Positions 37,691 to 49,207 of a stretch of 64,000 nucleotides of DNA are shown here, piece by piece; within the stretch, counting starts at the first letter, position 1; every line of letters starts with the position of its first letter. The notes beneath the pieces were generated by a model. The model saw only the letters and a program-made list of their open reading frames with translations, did not search any database and was not told where the DNA came from. The position numbers and the translations under genes were made by a program. The stretch covers positions 434,001 through 498,000 of the forward strand of contig OZ024745.1 in the NCBI GenBank assembly GCA_964016885.1. Direction: 5' to 3'. Origin of the DNA: Eledone cirrhosa. Lineage: Eukaryota.

Positions 37691-38254
37691 GTAGATAAAT
37701 CTACCAAGAGTTTACGGTAGTGTCCAATCCGTATGAAGAACTCAATGTAATCCGGATATCATGGAAAGAAGAGATGCATTCAAAAATCACTTTCGGTGAA
37801 AGATAAACGGAATACAGAGTCAAGATAAAATATAAAAAAAATAATGAATAAAACAATGAAACAGTTCCTTATATTAAACAAAGAAAGTTCATTATTTAAC
37901 GATCGTTTCTAGGACATATATGTGTTAGAATTGGCATGCATATTCAACAGATCTATGTACAAAATTATACAAAATTATACAAACTATCAAATTTAATATA
38001 CATACCAACACATATATATGCCGTCTTCAGAAATAATGAAATATATTTATTGATAATAACAACAATTCAAAATTACAGGTCTGTTTGGGAACAGAGTTCA
38101 AATTGACCAATGAAATACACAGAAATATGTCAGAAAATACAGTTAGGTGTGTGTATATATGTAAGTAACTTCGTTCACAGATATGCATAAAAATATATGT
38201 TCACATGCATACGCATGTCGAAAAAATGTATGTAAATACAAAAATTCAGGGCTA
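37691..38254 (-). mobile_element. Non-coding Penelope-type terminal fragment with hammerhead
   Basis: Unique island next to (TA)n containing the 37888-38040 hammerhead. Confidence 0.62.
37888..38040 (-). ncRNA. Type I hammerhead ribozyme with long stem II
   Basis: Minus strand: TTCATTATTT-CTGAAGA-..catatatatgtgtt...aacacatatatg..-GAAACGATCGTT-AAATAATGAA. Perfect 10 bp stem I, palindromic stem III. Confidence 0.8.
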
Positions 38255-38638
38255 ATGTCTCTGTATGTTTATAATCTACAGATAAAATACATATACATAT
38301 ATAAACATATATACATTCATATATACACACATAAACATACATTCACACACACACGCGCATATACGCATAAACATACACATAACCACGAACATACACACAC
38401 ACCCACACACACATATATGTATATATATGTATATATACACATATATGTGTGTGTGTGTGTGTGGGTGTGTGTGTGTATGTTCGTGGTTATGTGTATGTTT
38501 ATGCGTATATGCGTATATGCGTATATGTGTATATGCGCGTGTGTGTGTGAATGTATGTTTATGTGTGTATATATGAATGTATATATGTTTATATACGTAT
38601 ATGTATTTTATCTGTAGATTATAAACATACAGAGACAT
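38255..38638. repeat. ~380 bp fold-back inverted repeat
   Basis: atgtctctgtatgtttataatctacagataaaatac... mirrored by ...gtattttatctgtagattataaacatacagagacat. Confidence 0.9.
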
Positions 38639-38979
38639 ACACAGACGTCGTGGCCATCCACTGCAGCCAAGGAGGTCCCTGGTCGTGACGGTCCTCCGTG
38701 CCACCGGATTCTGGCTTCTACGGCCGAGTGAGTGGGACCGTCACTGTGCACTGGCCCTCCCACTATAAACCTTTCCCGCACAGGTTTCTTCTTTAGCGTG
38801 CACTCCCAAAGCCCTGCAGCGATGATCGGCCACCTTCGTGCCCACGGCAGACGGGAACTAAAGTAAAGAAGATTCATCATCGTTTACGATGGACAACCAA
38901 AACACTCAGTTCTTCGAGAACACATCTTTTAATAACTCTTTTTTTCAAACTTGTTCTGATTGTCATTTCTTTCCAGATA

Positions 38980-39765
38980 AATGACAGACATCAAACTAAC
39001 TCAACAAATGAAAAGCTGTAATTGTTGTAGCTGTTGTCTTAAAGGTAGAGTTTAGTGATTTAGAGATTGTTCACTTCCTGAAAACTGCAGAGTTTTTTGT
39101 TGTCAAAGTTCACAAAGAGCTGGAAGCTACTGACAGGGATTCTATAACAGTAGCCAAATGTAAACTGCCTGCCAAGAGTCAGATGCAGAGACCCTAAAGA
39201 CATTCCAAAGTCTCTGGCAACTGTGATAATTCTGGGAGTCATCAGTAACAAAAGAGATGTCGTGCCTCTTCACTTCTTTCCTTCAGAGCTTAAGAGTCAA
39301 TGCTGCTGATTGGTGGTGTTGGGGAGATGAGGTCTTGGATAGAGAGCATAAGCAAAGGAAGACTGTACACCTATCAACAAGACTGCACTCTCTCATAAGG
39401 CCAAGATGAATGAAGAATGGATGAATTACAATCTACACAATCACATCACCCTAAATATATTTAATTCTCCAAACCCGAACCTGTTGGACTATGTTTGGGG
39501 TGCTGTTGTGAAGGAAGTCAAGCAACACTCCCATAACACTATAAAATCTTTGACATCTGCCATAACTAGCACAATCTCCAAAATAGATAAAGATCATTTG
39601 ATTGAAGCATGTTAACATTGTAGACCTCATATTGAAGCTGTTACTGATGCTAATGGCAGATTTATTGAGTGTCAAAGAGAGTCTCAGGACTAATTCTATC
39701 TCAAATAAACCTCTTCTTTATAACTTGTGCATGAAAATGTCCTCAAAGAACTGAGCAACCTTGTA
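38980..39765 (+). pseudogene. Decayed, internally deleted Tc1/mariner-superfamily (maT/DD37D-like) transposase
   Basis: Relic motifs YTYQQD..., NSPNPNLLDYVWG (cf. SPDLNPLDY), HNTIKSL..AI, LIEAC, IEAV..ANG.FIE. Many stops and frameshifts. Ends ...aaccttgTA. Confidence 0.72.
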
Positions 39766-39840
39766 TGCGGGTGTGTGTGTGTGTGTGTTCTGTGTATGAA
39801 CATAAATAAATAATATATATATACACACACACACACACAC

Positions 39841-39871
<31 letters not shown>

Positions 39872-40085
39872 ACACATACACACGTATATGTATATAACAC
39901 ACACGCACACACACACATATATATATATATATACACACACACGTCATCAACTCTTAATAAATGTAGTCTACTTCCTGTTCTAAAATATTTCAATAGTTTA
40001 TTCTCAACAACTCACCCACCTTCCTCTCTCTCTCTCTACATACACAAACAAATGCAAAGATACTTACACACACATACATATATGA

Positions 40086-40418
40086 ATCATCATCATTTTA
40101 CGTCCGCTTTTCCCTGCTTGCAAGGGTGGGACAGGAACTGATTCTGACTTGATTTCTACAGCTGGATTCCCTTCCTAACATCAACCTCATTTACAGTGAG
40201 TGCTGGGTCCTTTTTTTCCCGTGGCACCTCCACAACCACTTAACAGTGGAATGATAGGGACCCCAGTCCCTATCATCTCATTTCTACAGCTGAGTAAACT
40301 GGAGCAATGTGAAATAAAGTGTCTTGCTCAAGGAAACAACACATCACCCGGTCTGAGAATTGAACTCACAGCCTTTCGATTGCAAGCCCAATGCTCTAAC
40401 CACTAAGCCATCTGCCTT
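40086..40418 (-). mobile_element. CORE-like tRNA SINE
   Basis: Reverse complement of the 30413-30758 family. Confidence 0.9.
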
Positions 40419-40448
40419 CATGAATATATATATATATACACACAAACT

Positions 40449-40768
40449 GGAGGCATATGGCTTAGTGGTTAGAGCATTGGCCTTCCAATCGAAAGGTTGT
40501 GAGTTCAATTCTCGGACCGAGTGATGTGTTGTTTCCTTGAGCAAGAGACTTTATTTCACATTGTTCCAGTTTACTCAGCTGTAGAAATGAGATGATAGGG
40601 ACTGAAGTCCCTATCATTCCACTGCAAAGTGGTCGTGGAGGTGTCACGGCAAAAACACCCAGCACTCACTGTAAATGAGGTTGGTGTTAGGAAGGGCATC
40701 CAGCTGTAGAAATCAAGCCAGTATCAGTTCCCGTCCCACCCTTGCAAGCAGGGAAAAGCGGACGTAAA

Positions 40769-40798
<30 letters not shown>
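40449..40798 (+). mobile_element. CORE-like tRNA SINE, head-to-head with the previous copy
   Basis: Near-identical to 30413-30758, (GAT)n tail. Confidence 0.92.
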
Positions 40799-40800
<2 letters not shown>

Positions 40801-40816
40801 ACAAATAAAAAGATAC

Positions 40817-40852
<36 letters not shown>

Positions 40853-41089
40853 CATGTATGTGTGTGTGTACATGTGTGTGTGTATGTACATATCTGTGTG
40901 TGTCCATGTATAAAGAAGTGATTGTAGTAGTGTATGTGTAAAACTAATGTGGCGTCTCGGCAGAGTCATTAGAATATGTGGAAAATGGTAATTCATATTT
41001 TATTTTAAATGGTTAAATCTCTCCTGTGATTCTTTCCTGAGACATTCTAACCACATGTCCATAGTACCAGAGCTGTGATCTCTTGATGC

Positions 41090-44000
41090 AGAGAAGTAGT
41101 GGCTCTACCTGGAGTGACAGTCTGTTATCTGAGCTATGTACTCTATCAGAGAAGTAGTGGCTCTATCTGGAGTGACAGTCTGTTATCTGAGCTATGTACT
41201 CTATCAGAGAAGTAGTGGCTCTACCTGGAGTGACAGCCTGTTATCTGAGCTATGTACTCTATCAGAGAAGTAGTGGTTCTACCTGGAGTGACAGTCTGTT
41301 ATCTGAGCTATGTACTCTATCATAGAAGTAGTGGCTCTACCTGGAGTGACAGCCTGTTATCTGAGCTATGTACTCTATCAGAGAAGTGGTGGTTCTACCT
41401 GGAGTTGCAGCCTGTTATCTGAGCTATGTACTCTATCAGAGAAGTAGTGGCTCTACCTGGAGTGACAGCCTGTTATCTGAGCTATGTACTCTATCAGAGA
41501 AGTAGTGGCTCTATCTGGAGTGACAGTCTGTTATCTGAGCTATGTACTCTATCAGAGAAGTAGTGGCTCTACCTGGAGTGACAGCCTGTTATCTGAGCTA
41601 TGTACTCTATCAGAGAAGTAGTGGTTCTACCTGGAGTGACAGTCTGTTATCTGAGCTATGTACTCTATCATAGAAGTAGTGGCTCTACCTGGAGTGACAG
41701 CCTGTTATCTGAGCTATGTACTCTATCAGAGAAGTGGTGGTTCTACCTGGAGTTGCAGCCTGTTATCTGAGCTATGTACTCTATCAGAGAAGTAGTGGCT
41801 CTACCTGGAGTGACAGCCTGTTATCTGAGCTATGTACTCTATCAGAGAAGTAGTGGCTCTATCTGGAGTGACACCCTGTTATCTGATCTATGTACTCTAT
41901 CAGAGAAGTAGTGGCTCTATCTGGAGTGACAGACTGTTATCTGAGCTATGTACTCTATCAGAGAAGTAGTGGCTCTATCTGGAGTGACACCCTGTTATCT
42001 GAGCTATGTACTCTATCAGAGAAGTAGTGGCTCTATCTGGAGTGACAGTCTGTTATCTGAGCTATGTACTCTATCAGAGAAGTAGTGGCTCTACCTGGAG
42101 TGACAGTCTGTTATCTGAGCTATGTACACTATCAGAGAAGTAGTGGCTCTACCTGGAGTGACAGTCTGTTATCTGAGCTATGTACTCTATCAGAGAAGTA
42201 GTGGCTCTATCTGGAGTGACAGTCTGTTATCTGAGCTATGTACTCTATCAGAGAAGTAGTGGCTCTACCTGGAGTGACAGTCTGTTATCTGAGCTATGTA
42301 CTCTATCAGAGAAGTAGTGGTTCTATCTGGAGTGACAGCCTGTTATCTGAGCTATGTACTCTATCAGAGAAGTAGTGGCTCTATCTGGAGTGACACCCTG
42401 TTATCTGAGCTATGTACTCTATCAGAGAAGTAGTGGCTCTACCTGGAGTGACAGCCTGTTATCTGAGCTATGTACTCTATCAGAGAAGTAGTGGCTCTAT
42501 CTGGAGTGACAGTCTGTTATCTGAGCTATGTACTCTATCAGAGAAGTAGTGGCTCTATCTGGAGTGACACCCTGTTATCTGAGCTATGTACTCTATCAGA
42601 GAAGTAGTGGCGCTATCTGGAGTGACAGTCTGTTATCTGAGCTATGTACTCTATCATAGAAGTAGTGGCTCTACCTGGAGTGACAGCCTGTTATCTGAGC
42701 TATGTACTCTATCATAGAAGTAGTGGCTCTATCTGGAGTGACACCCTGTTATCTGAGCTATGTACTCTATCAGAGAAGTAGTGGCGCTATCTGGAGTGAC
42801 AGTCTGTTATCTGAGCTATGTACTCTATCATAGAAGTAGTGGCTCTACCTGGAGTGACAGCCTGTTATCTGAGCTATGTACTCTATCATAGAAGTAGTGG
42901 CTCTATCTGGAGTGACACCCTGTTATCTGAGCTATGTACTCTATCAGAGAAGTAGTGGCTCTATCTGGAGTGACAGTCTGTTATCTGAGCTATGTACTCT
43001 ATCAGAGAAGTAGTGGCGCTATCTGGAGTGACAGTCTGTTATCTGAGCTATGTACTCTATCATAGAAGTAGTGGCTCTACCTGGAGTGACAGCCTGTTAT
43101 CTGAGCTATGTACTCTATCATAGAAGTAGTGGCTCTATCTGGAGTGACACCCTGTTATCTGAGCTATGTACTCTATCAGAGAAGTAGTGGCTCTATCTGG
43201 AGTGACAGTCTGTTATCTGAGCTATGTACTCTATCAGAGAAGTAGTGGCTCTATCTGGAGTGACACCCTGTTATCTGAGCTATGTACTCTATCAGAGAAG
43301 TAGTGGCTCTACCTGGAGTGACAGCCTGTTATCTGAGCTATGTACTCTATCAGAGAAGTAGTGGCTCTATCTGGAGTGACAGTCTGTTATCTGAGCTATG
43401 TACTCTATCAGAGAAGTAGTGGCTCTATCTGGAGTGACACCCTGTTATCTGAGCTATGTACTCTATCAGAGAAGTAGTGGCTCTATCTGGAGTGACAGTC
43501 TGTTATCTGAGCTATGTACTCTATCATAGAAGTAGTGGCTCTACCTGGAGTGACAGCCTGTTATCTGAGCTATGTACTCTATCATAGAAGTAGTGGCTCT
43601 ATCTGGAGTGACACACTGTTATCTGAGCTATGTACTCTATCAGAGAAGTAGTGGCGCTATCTGGAGTGACAGTCTGTTATCTGAGCTATGTACTCTATCA
43701 TAGAAGTAGTGGCTCTACCTGGAGTGACAGCCTGTTATCTGAGCTATGTACTCTATCATAGAAGTAGTGGCTCTATCTGGAGTGACACCCTGTTATCTGA
43801 GCTATGTACTCTATCAGAGAAGTAGTGGCTCTATCTGGAGTGACAGTCTGTTATCTGAGCTATGTACTCTATCAGAGAAGTAGTGGCTCTATCTGGAGTG
43901 ACACCCTGTTATCTGAGCTATGTACTCTATCAGAGAAGTAGTGGCTCTATCTGGAGTGACACCCTGTTATCTGAGCTATGTACTCAATCAGAGAAGTAGT

Positions 44001-44976
44001 GGCTCTATCTGGAGTGACACCCTGTTATCTGAGCTATGTACTCAATCAGAGAAGTAGTGGCTCTACCTGGAGTGACAGCCTGTTATCTGAGCTATGTACT
44101 CTATCAGAGAAGTAGTGGTTCTACCTGGAGTGACAGCCTGTTATCTGAGCTATGTACTCTATCAGAGAAGTAGTGGCTCTATCTGGAGTGACAGCCTGTT
44201 ATCTGAGCTATGTACTCAATCAGAGAAGTAGTGGCTCTATCTGGAGTGACAGCCTGTTATCTGAGCTATGTACTCTATCAGAGAAGTAGTGGTTCTACCT
44301 GGAGTGACAGCCTGTTATCTGAGCTATGTACTCAATCAGAGAAGTAGTGGCTCTACCTGGAGTGACAGCCTGTTATCTGAGCTATGTACTCTATCAGAGA
44401 AGTAGTGGCTCTATCTGGAGTGACACCCTGTTATCTGAGCTATGTACTCAATCAGAGAAGTAGTGGCTCTATCTGGAGTGACAGCCTGTTATCTGAGCTA
44501 TGTACTCTATCAGAGAAGTAGTGGTTCTACCTGGAGTGACAGCCTGTTATCTGAGCTATGTACTCAATCAGAGAAGTAGTGGCTCTATCTGGAGTGACAT
44601 CCTGTTATCTGAGCTATGTACTCTATCAGAGAAGTAGTGGCTCTACCTGGAGTGACAGCCTGTTATCTGAGCTATGTACTCTATCAGAGAAGTAGTGGTT
44701 CTATCTGGAGTGACACCCTGTTATCTGAGCTATGTACTCTATCAGAGAAGTAGTGGCTCTATCTGGAGTGACACCCTGTTATCTGAGCTATGTACTCTAT
44801 CAGAGAAGTAGTGGCTCTATCTGGAGTGACACCCTGTTATCTGAGCTATGTACTCTATCAGAGAAGTAGTGGCTCTACCTGGAGTGACATCCTGTTATCT
44901 GAGCTATGTACTCTATCAGAGAAGTAGTGGTTCTACCTGGAGTGACATCCTGTTATCTGAGCTATGTACTCTATCA
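41090..44976. repeat. 58 bp tandem satellite, ~67 copies
   Basis: gagaagtagtggctcta(c/t)ctggagtgacagtctgttatctgagctatgtactctatca; no spacers. Confidence 0.98.
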
Positions 44977-45014
44977 AATAACATTTCCCCAAAGACTATG
45001 TAGCCATAATATAT

Positions 45015-45115
45015 TAATGAGGAAGCCTCTATGTAGTTTTTTTTACCCGACTGAAATAGCACCCAAATCTCCCTCCATTTACACCATATACTAACCTTTT
45101 TGATACTAAACCAGC
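45015..45115. repeat. Short dispersed repeat (inverted copy at ~57130-57250)
   Basis: gactgaaatagcacccaaatctccctccatttacac vs gtgtaaatggagggagatttggctactatttcagtc. Confidence 0.65.
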
Positions 45116-45449
45116 AGGAACCGCCATTGGTTTAATGATAGAATCAGTAAATGAAGTTTGTAGAAGGAAAGGGGGATGTCAATATGAAAGTGGGGAGATG
45201 AAAAGAGAAAGGGGAACAGATGAGAATATAAGAGAGAGATGTGAGGTGTATATGTGTTATTTAGAAATATGAGAGAAGAATATGAGAAGAGACAGAGGAA
45301 AGAAGGATAGGAAAAGAAAGACATTGAAAAGGGTGAGGAAGAGAGAGGGAGATATAGCAAGTGTAAGACAGCAAAAAGAGAGTTACCAAGAGAATAGATA
45401 GAGAATGAGAATGTGTGTGTGTGTGTATATATATACATATATCATTACC

Positions 45450-46018
45450 ATCATCATCATCATTTTACGTCCGCTCTTCCCTGCTTGCAAGGGTGAGACG
45501 GGTCTTATTCAGCACAGCATCTCTCCACTCGTCACGGTCCTTCGTCATCTCCACCGTGAGCTTCAGCGATCTGAGGTCTGTTCTCACCACCTCCGCCCAT
45601 GTTTTTCGTGGTCTACCTCTACCACGTCTTCCTTCAACTGGCATTTCCTGGCACTTCTTCACCCATCAGTCATCCTCCATGCGCATCACATGTCCATACC
45701 ACTGCAGTCTCCTCTCCCGTACACTACATTTTATCCCTCTCAGACACAGTTTCTCTCTCAACACATTCATGATGGGTCATTCACGCACATTGACATTGCA
45801 CATCCAACGGAGCATGCTTGCTTCCTTTCTCTCCAGCCGTCGCATATCCTCTGCAGTTGCTGCCCATGTCTCACTACCATGCAGCATCGCGCTCCTCACA
45901 CAGGCATCATATAACCGGCCTTCCATACGCAGGGAGAAACCCTTCTTCGTCAGCAGAGGAAGCAGCTCCCTAAACTTCTTCCAACCCGTCCTTATTCTAG
46001 ATACTATGGCCTCGGAAC
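45450..46018 (-). mobile_element. RTE subfamily C, 5'-truncated
   Basis: [21 protein letters not shown]...GRGRPRKTWAEVV; very short UTR ending ggacgtaaaatgatg. Confidence 0.92.
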
Positions 46019-46497
46019 ATATATATATATAAAGAGAGAGAGAGAGATGGGGAGGAACAAGGAGGGGGGGGGAGAATAATAGGGAGCATTTGGTTACTGT
46101 GACAGCAATGGTAGCACTTAAATATATGAAATAACAACAACAACAACAACAACCATAACAACAGCAGCAACAACAATCAATCAATCAAACCTCACACACA
46201 CAAAAACAACAACAGCAATAAATTTGAAGTAGAATTTAATTGAAAGTCTTAATGAAATCAGAGATGGAAGTGTAAGACAAGTGATTTATTGAATATGTTA
46301 GAAATGTCCAATAGAAGACATTACTTCTTTTGATGATATCAACAGAAATGGTTGGAACATTTAATAGGAAACATCTTTTACTGTCAATGAAATATGGAAG
46401 TAGGAATAGCAAAAATGGTTTGAAGATATTTCTTTGTAAAAAGGAATGAGAAGAAAATTGTTTCATTGCATGTGTGTGAGAGAGAGTGAGTGTTTGT

Positions 46498-46534
<37 letters not shown>

Positions 46535-46567
46535 TGTGTGTTTGTGAGAGAGAGATAGTGTGTGTGT

Positions 46568-46612
<45 letters not shown>

Positions 46613-46726
46613 TGTGTGTTTGTGATAGAGAGTGTGTGTGTTATTGTGAGAGAGATAGTGTCTATGTATGGTTGTATATATGTCTGTGTTAACAAAGTCA
46701 GTTTACACAGCAAGGCTGAATATCAA

Positions 46727-48656
46727 ACATCGATCCAATAGAGGGACCAGCAGTGCTAGTCGAAGGTAGTATAATAAGTAAGGCAATCAAAGATATGAAG
46801 ACGGGTAAGGCGGCTGGGCCTTCGAAAATAGTTGCTGAAATGCTGAAAGCATCTGGAACGGTGGGACACACTATGGTCACCCGGATAGTAAACCAAGTCA
46901 TACAGAATGGGGCCGTTCCGAAGGACTGGCGTAGCAGCACCATCATTAACTGCTACAAGGGTAAAGGACATGCCCTAGATAGGGGTAACTATAGACGCAT
47001 TAAATTAATCAACCAGGTCATGAAGGTCACAGAAAAAGTAATAGCGCAACTAATCAGAGAACGAATTGATCTAGATGAAATGCAGTTCGGGTTTGTGTCA
47101 GGTAAAAGTACCACAGACGCTCTTTTCATTGTACGACAACTACAGGAGAAATACCTAGCTAAAAGTAAACCCCTATACTTAGCTTTTGTTGAAGAGTTTA
47201 GCGTAAAAGTTGGTGTTCATCAGGGCTCCGTTCTTAGCCCCCGACTATTTATTATTGCCCTTCAGGCTATAACAGAGGAGTTCAAGACCAGCTGCCCATG
47301 GGAACTCCTATATGCAGATGATCTAACGCTCATAGCTGAATCAATGGCTGAACTAGAGAAGAAATTCCAAACATGGAAGCATGGCCTAGAATCAAAAGGC
47401 CTTAAAGTTAACTTGTCTAAGACTAAAGTTCTAGTTTGTAGGATGGAAAATAGGGCACCGGTCCCATCTGGGAAATGGCCATGCTCAGTGTGTAGGAAAG
47501 GAGTAGGCAGAAACTCCATTTTATGTCCCAAATGCAAAGTATGGGTGCATAAAAGATGTACTGGGATCACAGGTAAGCTAACTAAGAATATAGATTTTAT
47601 ATGTGGCCGGTGCTCTGGTGCAATAAGTAGCAGCAAGTGCCCACAAAATACTAGCTCCTTCAACTGCGCAGAGGGTTCTATAGAAATAGTGGACAGCTTC
47701 CGTTACCTGGGTGACAAAATCAGCAGTGGGGGAGGGTGCTCTGAAAGTACAGTAGCTAGAGTCAGAACTGGATGGAAAAAGTTCAGAGAGCTTATACCAC
47801 TATTGGCCGCTAAAGGGTTCTCTCTAAAAATGAAAGGCAGGCTGTATGATGCCTGCATACGAACAGCAATGTTACATGGCAGTGAGAGCTGGGCATTGTG
47901 TGCAGAGGATATACGCAGACTGGAGAGAAACGAAGCTTGCATGCTCTGCTGGATGTGTAATAGTAATATACGTGAACGGCAAAGCATAAACGAACTAAGG
48001 GAGAAATTAGGAATAAGAGGGATCAGATGTTGTTTACTCGAGAGAAGGCTTCGTTGGTACGGTCACGTGATGCGCATGAAAGACGACAGCTGTATAAAAA
48101 AGTGCAGGGCGATAAAAATAGACGGTAGCCACGGAGTAGGCAGACACAGAAAAACCTGGGACGAATTGATAAATTCCAACCTCACACACTTACACCTCTC
48201 CAAGACAATGTCACTGGACCGAAATCTTTGGCGCTACACAGTCATACAGAAGACCCGCCTTGCCTAAGTACAAAGCGAAACCTACAGTCAGTAGGCACCT
48301 CTAACAAAATACACCCCCATCCCACTACCCACACCCCATCCACACCACCCCCTTAAATGTGAAGTTATGTTGGTACCACAACATCCAGTCCGAAACAAAT
48401 GAGGTTGTGTAGGTGTCACGACAAAAAAACACACAGTCCACGCTGTAATGTGGCCGTGTAGGTAACACGGTAAAAACCTCCCAGTCCACACTGTAAACGT
48501 GGTTGGTGTTAGGAAGGGCATCCAGCCGTAGAAAACCCGCCAGACAGTCCTATACGAGCAGGACAACAAATCTTGCTCAAGTGGGAAAACTCCCGTCCAA
48601 ACCCATGCTAGCGTGGAAGATGGACGTTAAACGATGATGATGATGATGATGATGAT
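46727..48656 (+). mobile_element. RTE subfamily A, 5'-truncated, in-frame deletion in RT
   Basis: ORF 46753-48267; LYLAFV joins EEFSVK. UTR and (GAT)n tail present. Confidence 0.96.
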
Positions 48657-48829
48657 TCTATTCACAATTAATTATCACAATTGCCAAAGTCATTAGAACA
48701 TCAGAATGTTTTGTGGTATTTGTTCCAGTTTTCGGAATTCCGAAAACCCACTGAGGTCAACTTTACCTTTTGTCCTATCCAGATTGATAATAAAAAGTAC
48801 CAGTCAAGTACTTACTCTCTCTCCTCCTC

Positions 48830-49207
48830 TGGAAGAAATTGACTATGTTCTAAGATGGAGATGGGCTCCACTAGGTGTAAAATGCCTGAAATGTGCTGTA
48901 TCTCACAGTCGGATCCCTTCGGTCACTACTCATCATGGTTTTACACCTAGAAAGTTTCCCTCTAAGGCCTTGCAAGGTTGTTTGTGGAAGACCAGCAGTC
49001 ACCCATACATACAGTCTTACACTCCACGGCACCGATGTTGTCTGATGCAATGGCTAATACAATTTGACACCAGTGACATCACAACTCATTTCTACAGCTG
49101 AGTAAACTGGAACAACATGAAATAAAGTGTCTTGTTCAAGGACACACACCCGGGCCGAGAATTGAACTCACAATCACTCAATTGCAAGCCCAATGCTCTA
49201 ACCACTA
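48830..49207 (-). mobile_element. CORE-like SINE head and core with a different 3' region
   Basis: 49085-49207 matches the head and core of the 30413 family; downstream sequence is not the RTE tail. Left boundary uncertain. Confidence 0.65.
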
